Shown here one piece after another: positions 14,926 to 25,260 of a DNA stretch of 32,000 nucleotides; the first letter of the stretch is position 1; each line of letters starts with the position of its first letter. The notes beneath the pieces are model-generated. The model was not told the DNA's origin and did no database searches. It was given only the letters and a program-made list of their open reading frames with translations. Position numbers and translations under genes: made by a program. Source of the DNA: Geobacter sulfurreducens PCA (GTDB lineage: Bacteria > Desulfobacterota > Desulfuromonadia > Geobacterales > Geobacteraceae). The stretch is taken from the NCBI RefSeq assembly GCF_000007985.2, contig NC_002939.5:2670001-2702000 (forward strand), in the 5' to 3' direction.

Positions 14926-16155
14926 CTACCCCTCAAGGAACAGCTCCTCCGGATCTTCCACATACTCTTTCACCGTGCGCAGGAATCCCACCGCTTCGCG
15001 GCCGTCGATGATCCGGTGGTCGTAGGACAGGGCCAGGTACATCATGGGCCGGATGACCACCTGCCCGTCCCGGGCCACGGGACGGTCCTGAATGGCGTGC
15101 ATGCCGAGCACCCCGCTCTGGGGCGGATTGAGGATGGGGGTGGAAAGGAGCGAGCCGTACACCCCGCCGTTGGTTATGGAGAAGGTGCCCCCCTCCAGGT
15201 CCGAGAGTTCGAGCCGGTTGGTTTTGATCTTTTCGACAAAGGCGGCGATGGCCTGTTCGATCTCCCAGAAATGGAGGCGGTCCGCATCCCGGAGCACCGG
15301 CACCACCAGCCCCTTGTCCGCGCCGATGGCGATGCCGATGTTGTAGTAGTGGTGCCGGACGATGTCGTTGCCGTCGATGCGGGCGTTCACCAGGGGAAAG
15401 GCTTTCAGGGCCTCTACGCAGGCCTTGACGAAGAACGACATGAACCCCAAGGATACCCCGTGCCGCTTGGCGAACTGCTCCTTGTGGCGGGCACGCAGTT
15501 CCACAATGCGCCCCAGATCGGCCTCGTTGAAGGTGGTGAGCATGGCGGTCTGCTGACGCGCCGCCATGAGACGTTCCGCGATCCGCTTGCGGATGGGGGT
15601 CATGGGGGTGCGGGTGGTGCGATCGGCCTCCGGCGGCTCGGCCTGGCGGGGCTGCTCTGCCGCCGGCCGGGGCTGCTGCGCGGGAGGCTGGGGAGCGGCC
15701 GGCGGAGGAGCCCCGGCCGGAGACGCCCCCTGCTCCCGCTTTTCGGCAAAGGAGAAGAGATCATCCACCGTCACCCGCCCTCCCCGGCCGGTACCGGGCA
15801 CCGCCTCGGGGCTGATCCCCCGCTCCCGCGCCATTTTACGCACCGACGGGGAAAGAGGGGGCTCTGCGGCGGGCGCGGCGGCAGCGGCCTGTGCCGGAGC
15901 CGGCGACTCGGCAACGGGGGCGGCAGCGCCTTCGCGAATGGTACCGATGACCGTGCCGATCTTCACCGTGGTCCCGGCCGGCACCGCGATGGAGAGAACC
16001 CCGTCGGCCTCAGCGTTAAGCTCCATGGTGATCTTGTCGGTCTCGATCTCGCAGACCGGCTCGTCCTTGCGGACCGCATCGCCGTCCTGGCGGAGCCACG
16101 TGGCCACCAGGGCCTCGAATACCGATTCACCCACCGATGGTATTTTGATTTCCAT
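14926..16155 (-). CDS. sucB: Dihydrolipoamide succinyltransferase, E2 of the 2-oxoglutarate dehydrogenase complex
   Basis: The start is ATG 16155 ([12 protein letters not shown]..) with GGAGAA SD. It has a lipoyl domain ([12 protein letters not shown]), an E3-binding domain ([14 protein letters not shown]) and a catalytic domain ([13 protein letters not shown]). Confidence 0.92.
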   Translation of the reverse strand: MEIKIPSVGESVFEALVATWLRQDGDAVRKDEPVCEIETDKITMELNAEADGVLSIAVPAGTTVKIGTVIGTIREGAAAPVAESPAPAQAAAAAPAAEPPLSPSVRKMARERGISPEAVPGTGRGGRVTVDDLFSFAEKREQGASPAGAPPPAAPQPPAQQPRPAAEQPRQAEPPEADRTTRTPMTPIRKRIAERLMAARQQTAMLTTFNEADLGRIVELRARHKEQFAKRHGVSLGFMSFFVKACVEALKAFPLVNARIDGNDIVRHHYYNIGIAIGADKGLVVPVLRDADRLHFWEIEQAIAAFVEKIKTNRLELSDLEGGTFSITNGGVYGSLLSTPILNPPQSGVLGMHAIQDRPVARDGQVVIRPMMYLALSYDHRIIDGREAVGFLRTVKEYVEDPEELFLEG

Positions 16156-16232
16156 GGAATTCTCCGTTGAAACAGTGCTGCCGATCAGCACCTATCACGA
16201 TGCGTGAACCGGCCCCCGGTGAGGGGGAACGC

Positions 16233-18917
16233 CTATACCGCGAGCGCCTCCGTGACGACCCGTTCCTGCTCCACCCCATGCAGCCGGTGCGACCCCACGG
16301 CGGGGACGTCGTTGTCGGGCCGCCCCACGTAACGGGGCTCGCGACCGAAAAGATCAGCCAGGTGGGGCCGGAGAAAGCTCCAGGCTCCCATGTTGCGGGG
16401 CTCCTCCTGGACCCAGGCGATGCTCCCGGCCCCCCGGAAGGGCGCCACCGCCTCCCGCAGCAGGTCGGTCCGCAGGGGATAGAGCTGTTCGATCCGGACA
16501 ATGGCCGTGTCGGCCACCGCGTCACGCTCCATCCGCTCCAGCAGCTCGTAGTAGATCTTGCCGGAACAGAGCAGGAGTCGCCGGATCTTTTCAGGGTCGG
16601 CAACGGGGGGGATCACCTCCCGGAACCAGCCGCCGGACAGCTCTTCCAGCCGGGAGACGCAACGGGGATGGCGCAGCAGGCTCTTGGGGGTGAAGACCAC
16701 CAGGGGCTTGCGGAACGGCTGCTTCACCTGCCGCCGCAGCAGATGAAAGAGCTGGGCCGGGGTGGAGGGATAGGCAACCTGGAGGTTATCGTCGGCGCAG
16801 AGCTGGAGATAGCGTTCGATGCGGGCGCTGGAGTGCTCGGCCCCCTGCCCTTCGTAGCCGTGGGGCAGGAGCATGACGAGGCCGCTTACCCGCTCCCACT
16901 TGGACTCGCCGCCGGCGATGAACTGGTCGATGATGACCTGGGCGCCGTTGGCAAAATCGCCGAACTGGGCCTCCCAGATGACGAGCATCTCGGGGGACTG
17001 GACCGAATAGCCGTATTCGTAGCCCAGGACCGCGAACTCGGAGAGCATGCTGTCCCAGGCGCGAAAGACCGCACCGCCGGTAGCAGCGCCGTCCAGGGGC
17101 ACGTGGAATGCTTCGGTGTTCATGTCGTGGAGCACTGCATGGCGGTGGCCGAAGGTGCCGCGCCGGGAATCCTCCCCGGACAGGCGGATGGAGGTTCCCT
17201 CGGCCAGAAGCGTCCCGTAGGCCAGGGTCTCGGCATTGCCCCAGTCGATCCCTTCGCCCGCCTGCACGGCCTTGAGCCGCCGCTGGAGGATGGTTGCCAC
17301 TTTGGGGTGGGCGGAAAAGCCCTCGGGCACGCCGGCCAGCCCCTCGGCCAGCTGCCGCAGCCGCGCCGCGTCCACGCCGGTATCGACCTTGGCGGGCGAA
17401 TAGTCCCGCCGGTACTCTCCCCACTTCCCCTCGAAGCCGCCGGCCACGGGACGCGGAGGGGCGCCGAGGGATTCCTCCAGCCGCCCGGCAATGGCTGCGG
17501 TCATGGCGTCGAGCCGGTCCCGGGGAACCCCCTCCTCTGCCAGCCGGTCCGCGTAAAGCTCGTGGACCGGCGGCCGGTCCTTGATCCGGCCGTACATGAC
17601 CGGCTGGGTGAAGTAGGGCTCGTCCCCCTCGTTGTGGCCGTGCCGGCGGTAGCAGATGATCTCCACCACCACGTCGCGGCCGAAGGTCTGCCGGTACTCC
17701 AGGGCGAGTTCCATCACGTGGACCGCCGCCTCGGGATCTTCGCCGTGGACGTGGAACACCGGCGCCGCCACGATCTTGGCCGTGTCGGTGGCGTAGAGGG
17801 ACGAGCGGGCATCCGCCGGGACCGTGGTGAAGCCGATCTGGTTATTGATGACGATGTGGAGGGTGCCGCCGGTCCGGTATCCTTCAAGCTGCGAGAGGTT
17901 CAGGGTCTCGGCCACCACCCCCTGGCCGGCAAAGGCGGCATCGCCGTGGATCAGCACCGGCAGGACCCGCCTGTCCCCCCCCGGCCCCCGGGCGTCCTGA
18001 CGGGCCCGGCATTTCCCCTCCACCACCGGGTTCACCGCCTCCAGGTGCGAGGGGTTGAAGGCCAGAGTCAGGTGGATGCTGCTGCCGTCGGCGAACCGGC
18101 GGTCGCTGGAGAACCCCTTGTGGTACTTCACGTCGCCGTCCCCCACGAACGCCAGCTCCACGTTGTCGGCGAACTCGGCAAAGATATTTTCCACCGGCTT
18201 GCCGATGATGGTGGCCAGCACGTTCAGCCGCCCCCGGTGGGCCATGCCGAGCACCAGGTCATCCACGCCGAGCCGGGCCGCGCGTTCCACCACGGCATCC
18301 AGGGCGGGAATCAGCGCCTCCCCTCCCTCAAGGGAAAAGCGCTTCTGCCCCAGGAATTTCCGGTGCAGGAACTCCTCGAACAGGGACGCCTCCCTGAGCT
18401 TCTCGAGGATGCGCAGCTTCTGGTCCAGGGAAACAGGCGGCCGGTTCCGGACCGGCTCCATCCGCTCGATCAGCCAAGTCCGCTCGGCAGGGTCCTGGAT
18501 GTGCATGAACTCCACACCCACGGAACGGCAGTAGGTCTCCCGGAGCGTTGCCAGAATCTCCCGCAACGTCGCCTCGCTCTTGAGGAAACGGCGCGCCCGG
18601 AAGGTACGGTCCAGGTCCGACTGGTCCAGGTCGTACTGCTCCAGCGCCAGGAGCGGGTGTTCCAGCTTGCAGGGAGAGAGGGGATCGGTGCAGGCCAGCA
18701 GGTGGCCCAGGTCGCGGTAGCGATAGATGAGAGAGTCGACCGCCGACTGCTTGGCGGCCAGCTCGGGGGTGGGGCATTCGGCCGACGGCTCGCCGCGCCC
18801 CAGCTCGTAGCCGGTGAAAAACGCGCGCCACTCGGCGGAAACCGACGCGGGATCGGCCTGCCAGGATTGGAAGAGGGATTCGATGAACTCGGGGTCGGCC
18901 CCTGCGGCAAAGGTCAT
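16233..18917 (-). CDS. sucA: 2-oxoglutarate dehydrogenase E1 component
   Basis: 894-aa ORF. The N-terminus MTFAAGADPEFIESLFQSWQADP, the motifs GMAHRGRLNVL, GDAAFAGQGVV and HNE.D.P..TQP, and overall length are typical of SucA/OdhA. Confidence 0.93.
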   Translation of the reverse strand: MTFAAGADPEFIESLFQSWQADPASVSAEWRAFFTGYELGRGEPSAECPTPELAAKQSAVDSLIYRYRDLGHLLACTDPLSPCKLEHPLLALEQYDLDQSDLDRTFRARRFLKSEATLREILATLRETYCRSVGVEFMHIQDPAERTWLIERMEPVRNRPPVSLDQKLRILEKLREASLFEEFLHRKFLGQKRFSLEGGEALIPALDAVVERAARLGVDDLVLGMAHRGRLNVLATIIGKPVENIFAEFADNVELAFVGDGDVKYHKGFSSDRRFADGSSIHLTLAFNPSHLEAVNPVVEGKCRARQDARGPGGDRRVLPVLIHGDAAFAGQGVVAETLNLSQLEGYRTGGTLHIVINNQIGFTTVPADARSSLYATDTAKIVAAPVFHVHGEDPEAAVHVMELALEYRQTFGRDVVVEIICYRRHGHNEGDEPYFTQPVMYGRIKDRPPVHELYADRLAEEGVPRDRLDAMTAAIAGRLEESLGAPPRPVAGGFEGKWGEYRRDYSPAKVDTGVDAARLRQLAEGLAGVPEGFSAHPKVATILQRRLKAVQAGEGIDWGNAETLAYGTLLAEGTSIRLSGEDSRRGTFGHRHAVLHDMNTEAFHVPLDGAATGGAVFRAWDSMLSEFAVLGYEYGYSVQSPEMLVIWEAQFGDFANGAQVIIDQFIAGGESKWERVSGLVMLLPHGYEGQGAEHSSARIERYLQLCADDNLQVAYPSTPAQLFHLLRRQVKQPFRKPLVVFTPKSLLRHPRCVSRLEELSGGWFREVIPPVADPEKIRRLLLCSGKIYYELLERMERDAVADTAIVRIEQLYPLRTDLLREAVAPFRGAGSIAWVQEEPRNMGAWSFLRPHLADLFGREPRYVGRPDNDVPAVGSHRLHGVEQERVVTEALAV

Positions 18918-18948
18918 GACAGCGTCCTTGGTTGAAGTGACGCGGATA

Positions 18949-18976
18949 AGTATAACAGAGGGGAAAGCGGTTTCAA
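18949..18976 (-). promoter_or_regulatory. Putative sigma70 promoter for sucA
   Basis: The minus strand reads TTGAAA (18976-18971), a 16-nt spacer, then TATACT (18954-18949). It lies about 30 nt upstream of the sucA ATG. Confidence 0.45.
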
Positions 18977-19021
18977 ACCGAACCGGCGCGGGGCGCGGGC
19001 CGGCAGGATGCTCAGCCGGGC

Positions 19022-19798
19022 CTATCCGGCCGGGTCGGGGGACAGGTACCTGACGGCCCAGGCGGCGATGATGCCGGCGGCATAGCGGGCGTCCTCCTCG
19101 GCCAGGAGCAGGTGGTCGGCCCGGTCCAGGGCCACCAGGCTCCTGGGCTGGGGGGCCAGGGAGAAGATCCGCTCGGCGTGGTGGAAGCCCACCACCTGGT
19201 CGTCGGGGGCATGGAGTATGAGGAGCGGCACGCCGAGGGTGGCGATGGCCCCATCAAGGCGGACGCCGGTCACGTCGTCCAGGAACGAGCGGCCGAGTCG
19301 GAAGGGGCGGCCGGCCACCATGACCTGGGCCGAGCCGTTCTGCGCCAGTTCGTCCTCCTTGCCGGTGAATAGGTGGCGCAGCCCCGCCGGGCTCGCCGGT
19401 GAGCCGATGACCACGACCGCCCGGCAGCCCTTGATGGCTCCGGCCGCGGCAAGGCAGGTGGTGCCGCCGAGGGAATGGCCGATGAGCAGGCTGGGCGTGG
19501 CATGGGAGCGCTCCAGGAACGAGGCGGCCGCCAGCAGATCGTCCACGGTGGAGGTGAAACCGGTTTCGCTGAAGTCCCCCCCGCTCTCCCCGAGCCCCGT
19601 GAAGTCGAAGCGGAGCACGCCGATCCCCTGCTCCGTGAGCACCCGGTTGATGGCGACCATGGATTTCAGCTCCTTGGAGCAGGTGAAACAGTGGGCAAAG
19701 AGGGCGAAGGCGACCGGCTCCCGCCCCTCCGGCAGATCGAGGATGCCGGAGAGTTCCGCGCCGCGGCCGCCGGGGAAACGGAGGCGGCGCGAGATCAT
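19022..19798 (-). CDS. Alpha/beta-fold hydrolase
   Basis: 258-aa ORF with nucleophile elbow GHSLGG, plus later D and H residues (HAPDD, DRADHLL). It has a 4-nt ATGA overlap with msrB. Confidence 0.75.
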   Translation of the reverse strand: MISRRLRFPGGRGAELSGILDLPEGREPVAFALFAHCFTCSKELKSMVAINRVLTEQGIGVLRFDFTGLGESGGDFSETGFTSTVDDLLAAASFLERSHATPSLLIGHSLGGTTCLAAAGAIKGCRAVVVIGSPASPAGLRHLFTGKEDELAQNGSAQVMVAGRPFRLGRSFLDDVTGVRLDGAIATLGVPLLILHAPDDQVVGFHHAERIFSLAPQPRSLVALDRADHLLLAEEDARYAAGIIAAWAVRYLSPDPAG

Positions 19799-20208
19799 TC
19801 CTTCTCCCCCTCGCCGGCCCGGTCGAGTACGAGCGATGCCGAGTTAATGCAGTAGCGCCGGCCGGTGGGGGCCGGGCCGTCCGGGAACAGGTGCCCCAGG
19901 TGGGCGCCGCAGGAGGCGCAGTGGACTTCGGTCCGGTGCATGAAGAAACTCCGGTCCTCCTCGCTCTCCACCCCGTCTCCGTCCAGGGGAGCGGTGAAGC
20001 TGGGCCAGCCGGTGCCGGAGTCGAACTTGTCCGCGGAGTCGAACAGGGGCGCGCCGCAGCAGACGCAGCGGTAAGTCCCCCTGTCGTGGCAGTCCCAGTA
20101 GGCGCCGGTAAAAGCCGGCTCGGTCCCCTTGCGGCGGGTGATCTCGTACTGCTCCGGGGTCAGCTGCCCGCGCCACTGGGCATCGGTTTTCTCGATCTTC
20201 CTTTTCAT
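19795..20208 (-). CDS. msrB: Peptide-methionine (R)-S-oxide reductase
   Basis: 137-aa ORF with two CxxC zinc motifs ([19 protein letters not shown]), GWPSF and the catalytic RYCINS. Confidence 0.93.
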   Translation of the reverse strand: MKRKIEKTDAQWRGQLTPEQYEITRRKGTEPAFTGAYWDCHDRGTYRCVCCGAPLFDSADKFDSGTGWPSFTAPLDGDGVESEEDRSFFMHRTEVHCASCGAHLGHLFPDGPAPTGRRYCINSASLVLDRAGEGEKE

Positions 20209-20233
20209 GATGCGCCTCCGTGCTCCCTGCTCC

Positions 20234-22627
20234 TTAGCCCAGCTTCTTTCCCGCCCGGCGGAGCAGGATCGAGTTGGTCACCACCGACACCGAGGAAAAG
20301 GCCATGGCAAGCCCGGCGAATTCGGGCCGGAGCGTGATCCCCAGCGGATAGTAGAGGACCCCGGCGGCCACGGGGATGCCGAGGATGTTGTAGAACAGGG
20401 CCCAGAAGAGATTCTGCTTCACCTTGGCCAGGGTCGCCCGCCCCAGGCGGATGGCGCGCACGGCATCCATGAGGTCGTCCCGCACCAGGATCACGTCGCC
20501 GGTCTCCTTGGCCACGTCGGTGCCGCCGCCGATGGCGATCCCCACGTCGGCCCGGGCCAGGGCCGGGGCATCGTTGATCCCGTCGCCCACCATGGCAGTG
20601 AAGTACCCCTTTGCCTGGTACTCCCGCACGATTTCCTCCTTGCGGCCCGGCAGGACTTCGGCCTCGAAGCTGTCAACCCCCGCCTCCCGGGCCACGGCGG
20701 CCGCCACCTCCCGGTGGTCGCCGGTGATCATGCAGGTGGCTATCCCCATTCGCTTCAGCTCGGCCACGGCCCGGGGCGAGCTCTCCTTGAGCCGGTCGGC
20801 CAGGGCCGCCACCCCCAGCAGGCGTCCCGCTTCGGCCACGAGGATGAGCGATTTCCCCTCCCCGGCCAACCGGGATGCGGCCTGCTCCAGGGGCGAAGTG
20901 TCGATGCCCGCCCCGACCAGGAACCGGGCGCTGCCGGCCGTTACCGGTTCACCGTCCAGGACGCAGGCCACGCCTCCCCCTTCGGTCTCCCGGTAGCCGT
21001 CCACCGGCGCCGGCACCACGCCCCGTCCGGCGGCGCCGCTTACCGCCGCCTGGGCCAGGGGATGGTTCGAGCGGGATTCGGCCGCGGCCAGCACCGCCAG
21101 CAGCCGCTCCTCCGTCACCCCCGGCGCCGGCACCAGGTCGGTGAGGGAGGGTTCGCCTCGGGTGAGGGTGCCGGTCTTGTCCAGCAGGATCGCCTGGACC
21201 CGGGAGATGTTCTCCAGCACCGAGCCCCGCTTGACCAGAATCCCCCGCGACAGCCCCACCCCGCTCCCCACCATGATGGCGGTGGGGGTGGCGAGCCCCA
21301 TGGCGCAGGGGCAGGCGATGACCACCACGGAGATGGCCAGCTTGAAGGCAAAGAGGAACTCCTGGTGGAGCCCCCAGAACCAGAGGGCGAACGTGAGGGC
21401 CGACAGGGCGATCACCACCGGCACGAAGACCCCGGACACCCGGTCGGCGAACCGCTGGATCGGCGCCTTGTCCGCCTGGGCCTCCCGCACCATCCGCACG
21501 ATCTGGGAGAGAAGCGTTTCCTCGCCGATGCGGGTGGCCCGCACCAGGAGCACGCCGCTGCGGTTCACCGTGGCCCCGGTGACCGCGGCCCCCGGCCCCT
21601 TGTCCGCCGGGATCGACTCGCCGGTCACCATGGACTCGTCCACCGACGAGGTTCCCTCCACCACCTCCCCGTCCACGGGGATCGTCTCGCCCGGCCGGAC
21701 CCGGACCAGATCGCCCACCCGCACCGCCGACGCGGGGACTTCCCGCTCCTGGTCGCCGGTCACCAGCCGCGCCTTGTCCGCCTGGAGCCGCAGGAGCTTC
21801 TTCAGGGCTTCCCCCGCCTTGCCCCGGGCCCGGGCTTCCAGGTACTTGCCCAGGCGGATGAAGGCGATGAGCATGGCCGAGGTCTCAAAGAACACGTGGC
21901 CGCCATGCTCGCCGAAGGCCCCGAAAAAAGCGAAGAGGGAGTAGAAATAGGCGGCCGAGGTGCCCAGGGCAACCAGCACGTCCATGTTGGCGCTGCGGTT
22001 CTTCAGGGCGAACCAGCTCCCCCGGTAGAAGGTGAGGCCGGCCGAAAACTGGACCGCGCTGGCCAGGACCAGGTTCATCCAGCCCACGGCCCGGTTGTCG
22101 TGGAGGGTCATGGTGGCCATGATGGGGAGCGAGAGCAGAAGACTGGCAATGAACCAGTTGCGCTGGCCCTTCAACTCCGCGGCGGCCTCCCCCCCTTCCG
22201 CTTCGGGCTCCACGGGGGTGTACCCCGCGGCCACCACCAGGGCGAAGATGTCCGCCTTGCCCAGGCGGGAGGGATCGAACCGGACCAGGGCCTCCTCCTG
22301 GGCCAGGTTCACCACGGCGGCGGACACGGCCGGGTCGGCCAGGAGCTTTTTCTCCAGGTTCGCCACGCAGGAGGCGCAGTGCAGCCCCCGCACCCCGAAA
22401 CGCAGCTCCCCGGCCGCCGTGCGCACCACTCCGTAGCCCAGGGCTTCCACCCGCGCCACCACGGCATCCTCGTCGATCACCCGTTCGTCGAACTCCACGG
22501 ACAACTCGGCGGTGGCGAAGTTGACCACGGCCGAGGCAATGCCCGCCACGCCGCCCAGCTCCTTCTCGATCCGGGCCGCGCACCCGGCGCAGCTCATGCC
22601 GGTGATGGGAAACAAGACCTTACGCAT
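20234..22627 (-). CDS. copA: Copper-translocating P1B-type ATPase
   Basis: 797-aa ORF with two N-terminal HMA domains (GMSCAGC, GLHCASC), the CPC transmembrane metal motif, DKTGTLT phosphorylation site, TGES, and the GDGINDAP hinge. Confidence 0.92.
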   Translation of the reverse strand: MRKVLFPITGMSCAGCAARIEKELGGVAGIASAVVNFATAELSVEFDERVIDEDAVVARVEALGYGVVRTAAGELRFGVRGLHCASCVANLEKKLLADPAVSAAVVNLAQEEALVRFDPSRLGKADIFALVVAAGYTPVEPEAEGGEAAAELKGQRNWFIASLLLSLPIMATMTLHDNRAVGWMNLVLASAVQFSAGLTFYRGSWFALKNRSANMDVLVALGTSAAYFYSLFAFFGAFGEHGGHVFFETSAMLIAFIRLGKYLEARARGKAGEALKKLLRLQADKARLVTGDQEREVPASAVRVGDLVRVRPGETIPVDGEVVEGTSSVDESMVTGESIPADKGPGAAVTGATVNRSGVLLVRATRIGEETLLSQIVRMVREAQADKAPIQRFADRVSGVFVPVVIALSALTFALWFWGLHQEFLFAFKLAISVVVIACPCAMGLATPTAIMVGSGVGLSRGILVKRGSVLENISRVQAILLDKTGTLTRGEPSLTDLVPAPGVTEERLLAVLAAAESRSNHPLAQAAVSGAAGRGVVPAPVDGYRETEGGGVACVLDGEPVTAGSARFLVGAGIDTSPLEQAASRLAGEGKSLILVAEAGRLLGVAALADRLKESSPRAVAELKRMGIATCMITGDHREVAAAVAREAGVDSFEAEVLPGRKEEIVREYQAKGYFTAMVGDGINDAPALARADVGIAIGGGTDVAKETGDVILVRDDLMDAVRAIRLGRATLAKVKQNLFWALFYNILGIPVAAGVLYYPLGITLRPEFAGLAMAFSSVSVVTNSILLRRAGKKLG

Positions 22628-23672
22628 TCGGATGTCCCTCCGTCAGATATCCCCGCAGCTCGGCCGCGCAGATCTTCACCACTGCCGCCACCGGCACCGC
22701 CAGCACCACCCCCCAGAAGCCCATGAGCTCGCCCATGGCCATGAGGACAAAGATGACCGCCAGGGGGTTAAGCCGCAAAGTCCCCCGCATGAGGAGCGGC
22801 TTGATCAGGTTCCCTTCTATGATAACGCTGATCACGAAATATGCCGCGCAGACCAGGGGGATCACCGACATGTCGCCGGTTTCCGCATAGCCGATCAGGG
22901 CCGGCGGGATCACCGCCACCATCACCCCCACAAAGGGGACCACCGACGCGAATCCGGCCACCAGTCCGTTGAGCAGCGGAAACTCGATGCCGATGGCGTA
23001 GAGGGCCAGAGCCGACAGGATACCCACGATGACGCAGTCCAGGAGTTGCGCCAGGATAAAGCGCTCCAGGGACCGCTTGATCCGTCCTCCCATCTCCCGG
23101 AACGACGGCCGCTCCCGGTGGGGGACGAACCGGAGGACCAAGTCCTTCACAAAATCCTTGTAGTAGAGCATGAAGAAAACGAGGATCGGGGCGAGCACCA
23201 GGTTGAAGAGACCGAAGAAGGCCCGCGTGAGTTGCTGGTATCCCTTGCCCGTGAGCTCAAGGGCCAGCTTCTTCAGGGATTCCTCGGCCCGGGCGATGAG
23301 CCAGGTTCCCTCCTCGCCGCCGTAATAGGGGGTAAGGCGACCCTTCCACGTCTCCATGACCAGTTGCAGATTATCCACGTAGCGGGGGACCGCCCGGGGG
23401 AAGGCCTCCAGCTGGTGGCTGAGGTAGGGGATCAGGAGGATCAGGGCCAGGAGGATTCCCACGGCAATGGAGAGATAGAGCACGGCAATGGCCGGCAGCC
23501 GCCCCAGCCCCTTGGCCTCCATGAATTTCATGGCCGGATTGAGAAGATAGGCAATGACCAGCGAGGTGAGGACCGCCGACAGGGAGTGGACGGCGAAATG
23601 GCCCGCCAGGAGCACCAGCCCGAAGGTTATGGCCAGGAACCAGGCGATATGGGCCGCGTCGCGGGGGCGCAC
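22620..23672 (-). CDS. AI-2E family transporter (PerM/YhhT-like permease), copy 2
   Basis: 350-aa polytopic membrane ORF with the typical AI-2E C-terminal block (P.V.V...P..L......G........V.....I.GN...P......L.L.P.......A.GEL.GFWG..LA.P). It starts at GTG 3 nt after the upstream paralogue's stop, and its stop overlaps the copA start by 8 nt. Confidence 0.8.
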   Translation of the reverse strand: MRPRDAAHIAWFLAITFGLVLLAGHFAVHSLSAVLTSLVIAYLLNPAMKFMEAKGLGRLPAIAVLYLSIAVGILLALILLIPYLSHQLEAFPRAVPRYVDNLQLVMETWKGRLTPYYGGEEGTWLIARAEESLKKLALELTGKGYQQLTRAFFGLFNLVLAPILVFFMLYYKDFVKDLVLRFVPHRERPSFREMGGRIKRSLERFILAQLLDCVIVGILSALALYAIGIEFPLLNGLVAGFASVVPFVGVMVAVIPPALIGYAETGDMSVIPLVCAAYFVISVIIEGNLIKPLLMRGTLRLNPLAVIFVLMAMGELMGFWGVVLAVPVAAVVKICAAELRGYLTEGHPNA

Positions 23673-23675
23673 CGC

Positions 23676-24716
23676 CTAGCTCCGGAAATCGCCGCGACGG
23701 AGGTGGTCGGCGGCGGCACGCACGGCGGCGGCAATGGGAATGGCCAGCAGGATGCCCCAGAAACCCATGAGTTCGCCGAACACCATGACCACGATGATGG
23801 TCACCAGGGGGTTCAGGTCCATGGACTCCTTGAAGACCAGCGGCTTCACCAGGTAGCCTTCCAGAAAGTAGATGACCGAGAAGGCGCCGATCACCTGGAG
23901 GAGCACCATGCCGCTCTCGTACTGGACATAGGCGAAGAACAGGGGCGGCAGGGTTGCCAGGATGACCCCGATGAAGGGGAGAACCGAGGCGAGTCCCGCG
24001 AATATGCCGTTGACGATGGGATAGTCGATGCCGATGACGAAGAGCGCCACCGTGGACAGGACCGCCACGATGACCGAAACCATGAACTGGCCGCGGATGT
24101 AGCCGCCGATGCTCTCGTTGACCTCCCGCCCCAGGGCCAGCAAGACCTCGCGGCGGGACGCGGGGAGCCACGCCGCCGCTGTCTCCATGAACTCCTTCTT
24201 GTACCAGAGCATGAAGAACACGAGAATCGGCGCGAGCACCAGGTTGAACAGATTGAAGACGAGCCCCTCGGCAGCGGCGTAGACCCCGGCGCCGAGCTTG
24301 GCCAGCAGCTTGTCGGCCTGGCCGGCGGCGGTATCGAAGAGCCAGCGCCACTCCTCCACCGCATAGGGAGGGACCGCCCGGCTCTTCCAGGCGAACACGA
24401 TCTGCTTCCCCTTCTGGAGATAGGCGGGGAGCCCGGTGATGAACGCCTCCCAGCGCAGGCTGAGAAACGGCACGAGCACGATGAAGAAGAAGACGGAGAA
24501 AACCGCGAGAAGCGCGTAGAGGAAGAGGATGCCCCACGGACGGCGCACGCCGCGGCGCTCCATCACAACGAGGACGGGGTCCAGGAGATAGGCGGTAACG
24601 AAGGACAGCAGGAAGCAGGAGACCGTATGCCTGATCGCGTAGCCTGCGGCGATCAGCGCCCCGCCCACCAGCAGCGCCGCCACGACCCTGTTCACCGCCG
24701 GTTGTTTGTCAGCCAT
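23676..24716 (-). CDS. AI-2E family transporter (PerM/YhhT-like permease), copy 1
   Basis: I take the start at ATG 24716 (MADKQPAVNRV..), preceded by AGGAG. The longer track form (24800) overlaps the upstream gene. It has the same conserved C-terminal block as copy 2 (VLPFIGV.., EGYLVKPLVF.., [15 protein letters not shown]). Confidence 0.8.
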   Translation of the reverse strand: MADKQPAVNRVVAALLVGGALIAAGYAIRHTVSCFLLSFVTAYLLDPVLVVMERRGVRRPWGILFLYALLAVFSVFFFIVLVPFLSLRWEAFITGLPAYLQKGKQIVFAWKSRAVPPYAVEEWRWLFDTAAGQADKLLAKLGAGVYAAAEGLVFNLFNLVLAPILVFFMLWYKKEFMETAAAWLPASRREVLLALGREVNESIGGYIRGQFMVSVIVAVLSTVALFVIGIDYPIVNGIFAGLASVLPFIGVILATLPPLFFAYVQYESGMVLLQVIGAFSVIYFLEGYLVKPLVFKESMDLNPLVTIIVVMVFGELMGFWGILLAIPIAAAVRAAADHLRRGDFRS

Positions 24717-24751
24717 CGTCCGCTCCTGTGGGGCGCCGGCGTGCGGCACCC

Positions 24752-25192
24752 TCAGAAATCCTCCTCTTCGGCGCCGAAGAGATCGTTCTCCTCCAGCCAC
24801 CGCCGGGCCCGGTCGGAGATGAGCTCCTCCTTCATGGCCATGTAGCGGTCGAACTCCTCGGGATAGAACGACAGGATCTCGTCCAGCCGACCGTAGGGCT
24901 TTTTCCCTTCGAAGGAGCGCAGCAGCATCCCCTTGAGGCTCGCATTGTCGAGCCCCCTGATGAACTCGTGGAGCAGCAGCCGTTCCTGATCGTAATCGAA
25001 GCCGGGGATGCGGAGGAATCGGTCCTCGCTCTCTTCCATCTCCCGCCAGAAATCGTCATCGTCGAAATCGGACGGCACGGCAAAGATGTCGCCCGTTTCC
25101 CGATCGAGAAAATAGGCCAGTGCCGTTTCCGGATTTTCGAACGCCTCCAGGAGATCATCCCAGAGTATTTCAATGTCGCGCATGAATCCCAT
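24752..25192 (-). CDS. UPF0158-family protein (acidic, function unknown)
   Basis: I take the start at ATG 25192 (MGFMRDIEILWDDLLEAFE..) with AAGGTGA SD. The track start at 25270 would run into lpxH. The sequence pattern YFLD.ETG.I..V......D...R...P.....Y.....F is typical of UPF0158. Confidence 0.6.
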   Translation of the reverse strand: MGFMRDIEILWDDLLEAFENPETALAYFLDRETGDIFAVPSDFDDDDFWREMEESEDRFLRIPGFDYDQERLLLHEFIRGLDNASLKGMLLRSFEGKKPYGRLDEILSFYPEEFDRYMAMKEELISDRARRWLEENDLFGAEEEDF

Positions 25193-25225
25193 GTTCACCT
25201 TACGCCTCGCCCGCCTCAACGCGCC

Positions 25226-25254
25226 TTTACCTTTGGCGGCCTTTCGATTATAGT
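25226..25254 (+). promoter_or_regulatory. Putative lpxH promoter, with an overlapping divergent -10 for the minus-strand operon
   Basis: TTTACC (25226-25231), 17-nt spacer, TATAGT (25249-25254). The lpxH ATG is 6 nt after the -10 with no SD, so the transcript is predicted to be leaderless. On the minus strand the same AT patch reads TATAAT (25252-25247). Confidence 0.4.
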
Positions 25255-25260
25255 GCCGCC

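Noticed and set aside
14916-14963. The longer start of the Sel1-repeat ORF ([16 protein letters not shown]..).
   Set aside because: It would overlap sucB by 38 nt. The internal ATG at 14915 yields a canonical signal peptide. The choice remains uncertain.
7661-24845. Very long plus-strand ORFs at 7661-8911, 8677-10548, 10773-12590, 12485-13726, 14695-16170, 16167-18935, 20129-22726 and 22512-24845. ORFs 11-742, 1999-2955, 4827-5846 and 26594-27595 (plus strand) and 25216-26205 (minus strand) are of the same kind.
   Set aside because: Each lies antisense to a gene with clear family motifs. Their translations are low-complexity and rich in Arg, Gly, Pro, His, Asp and Glu, with no recognisable domains. 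Such shadow ORFs are expected in ~65% G+C DNA because stop codons are rare on the antisense strand.
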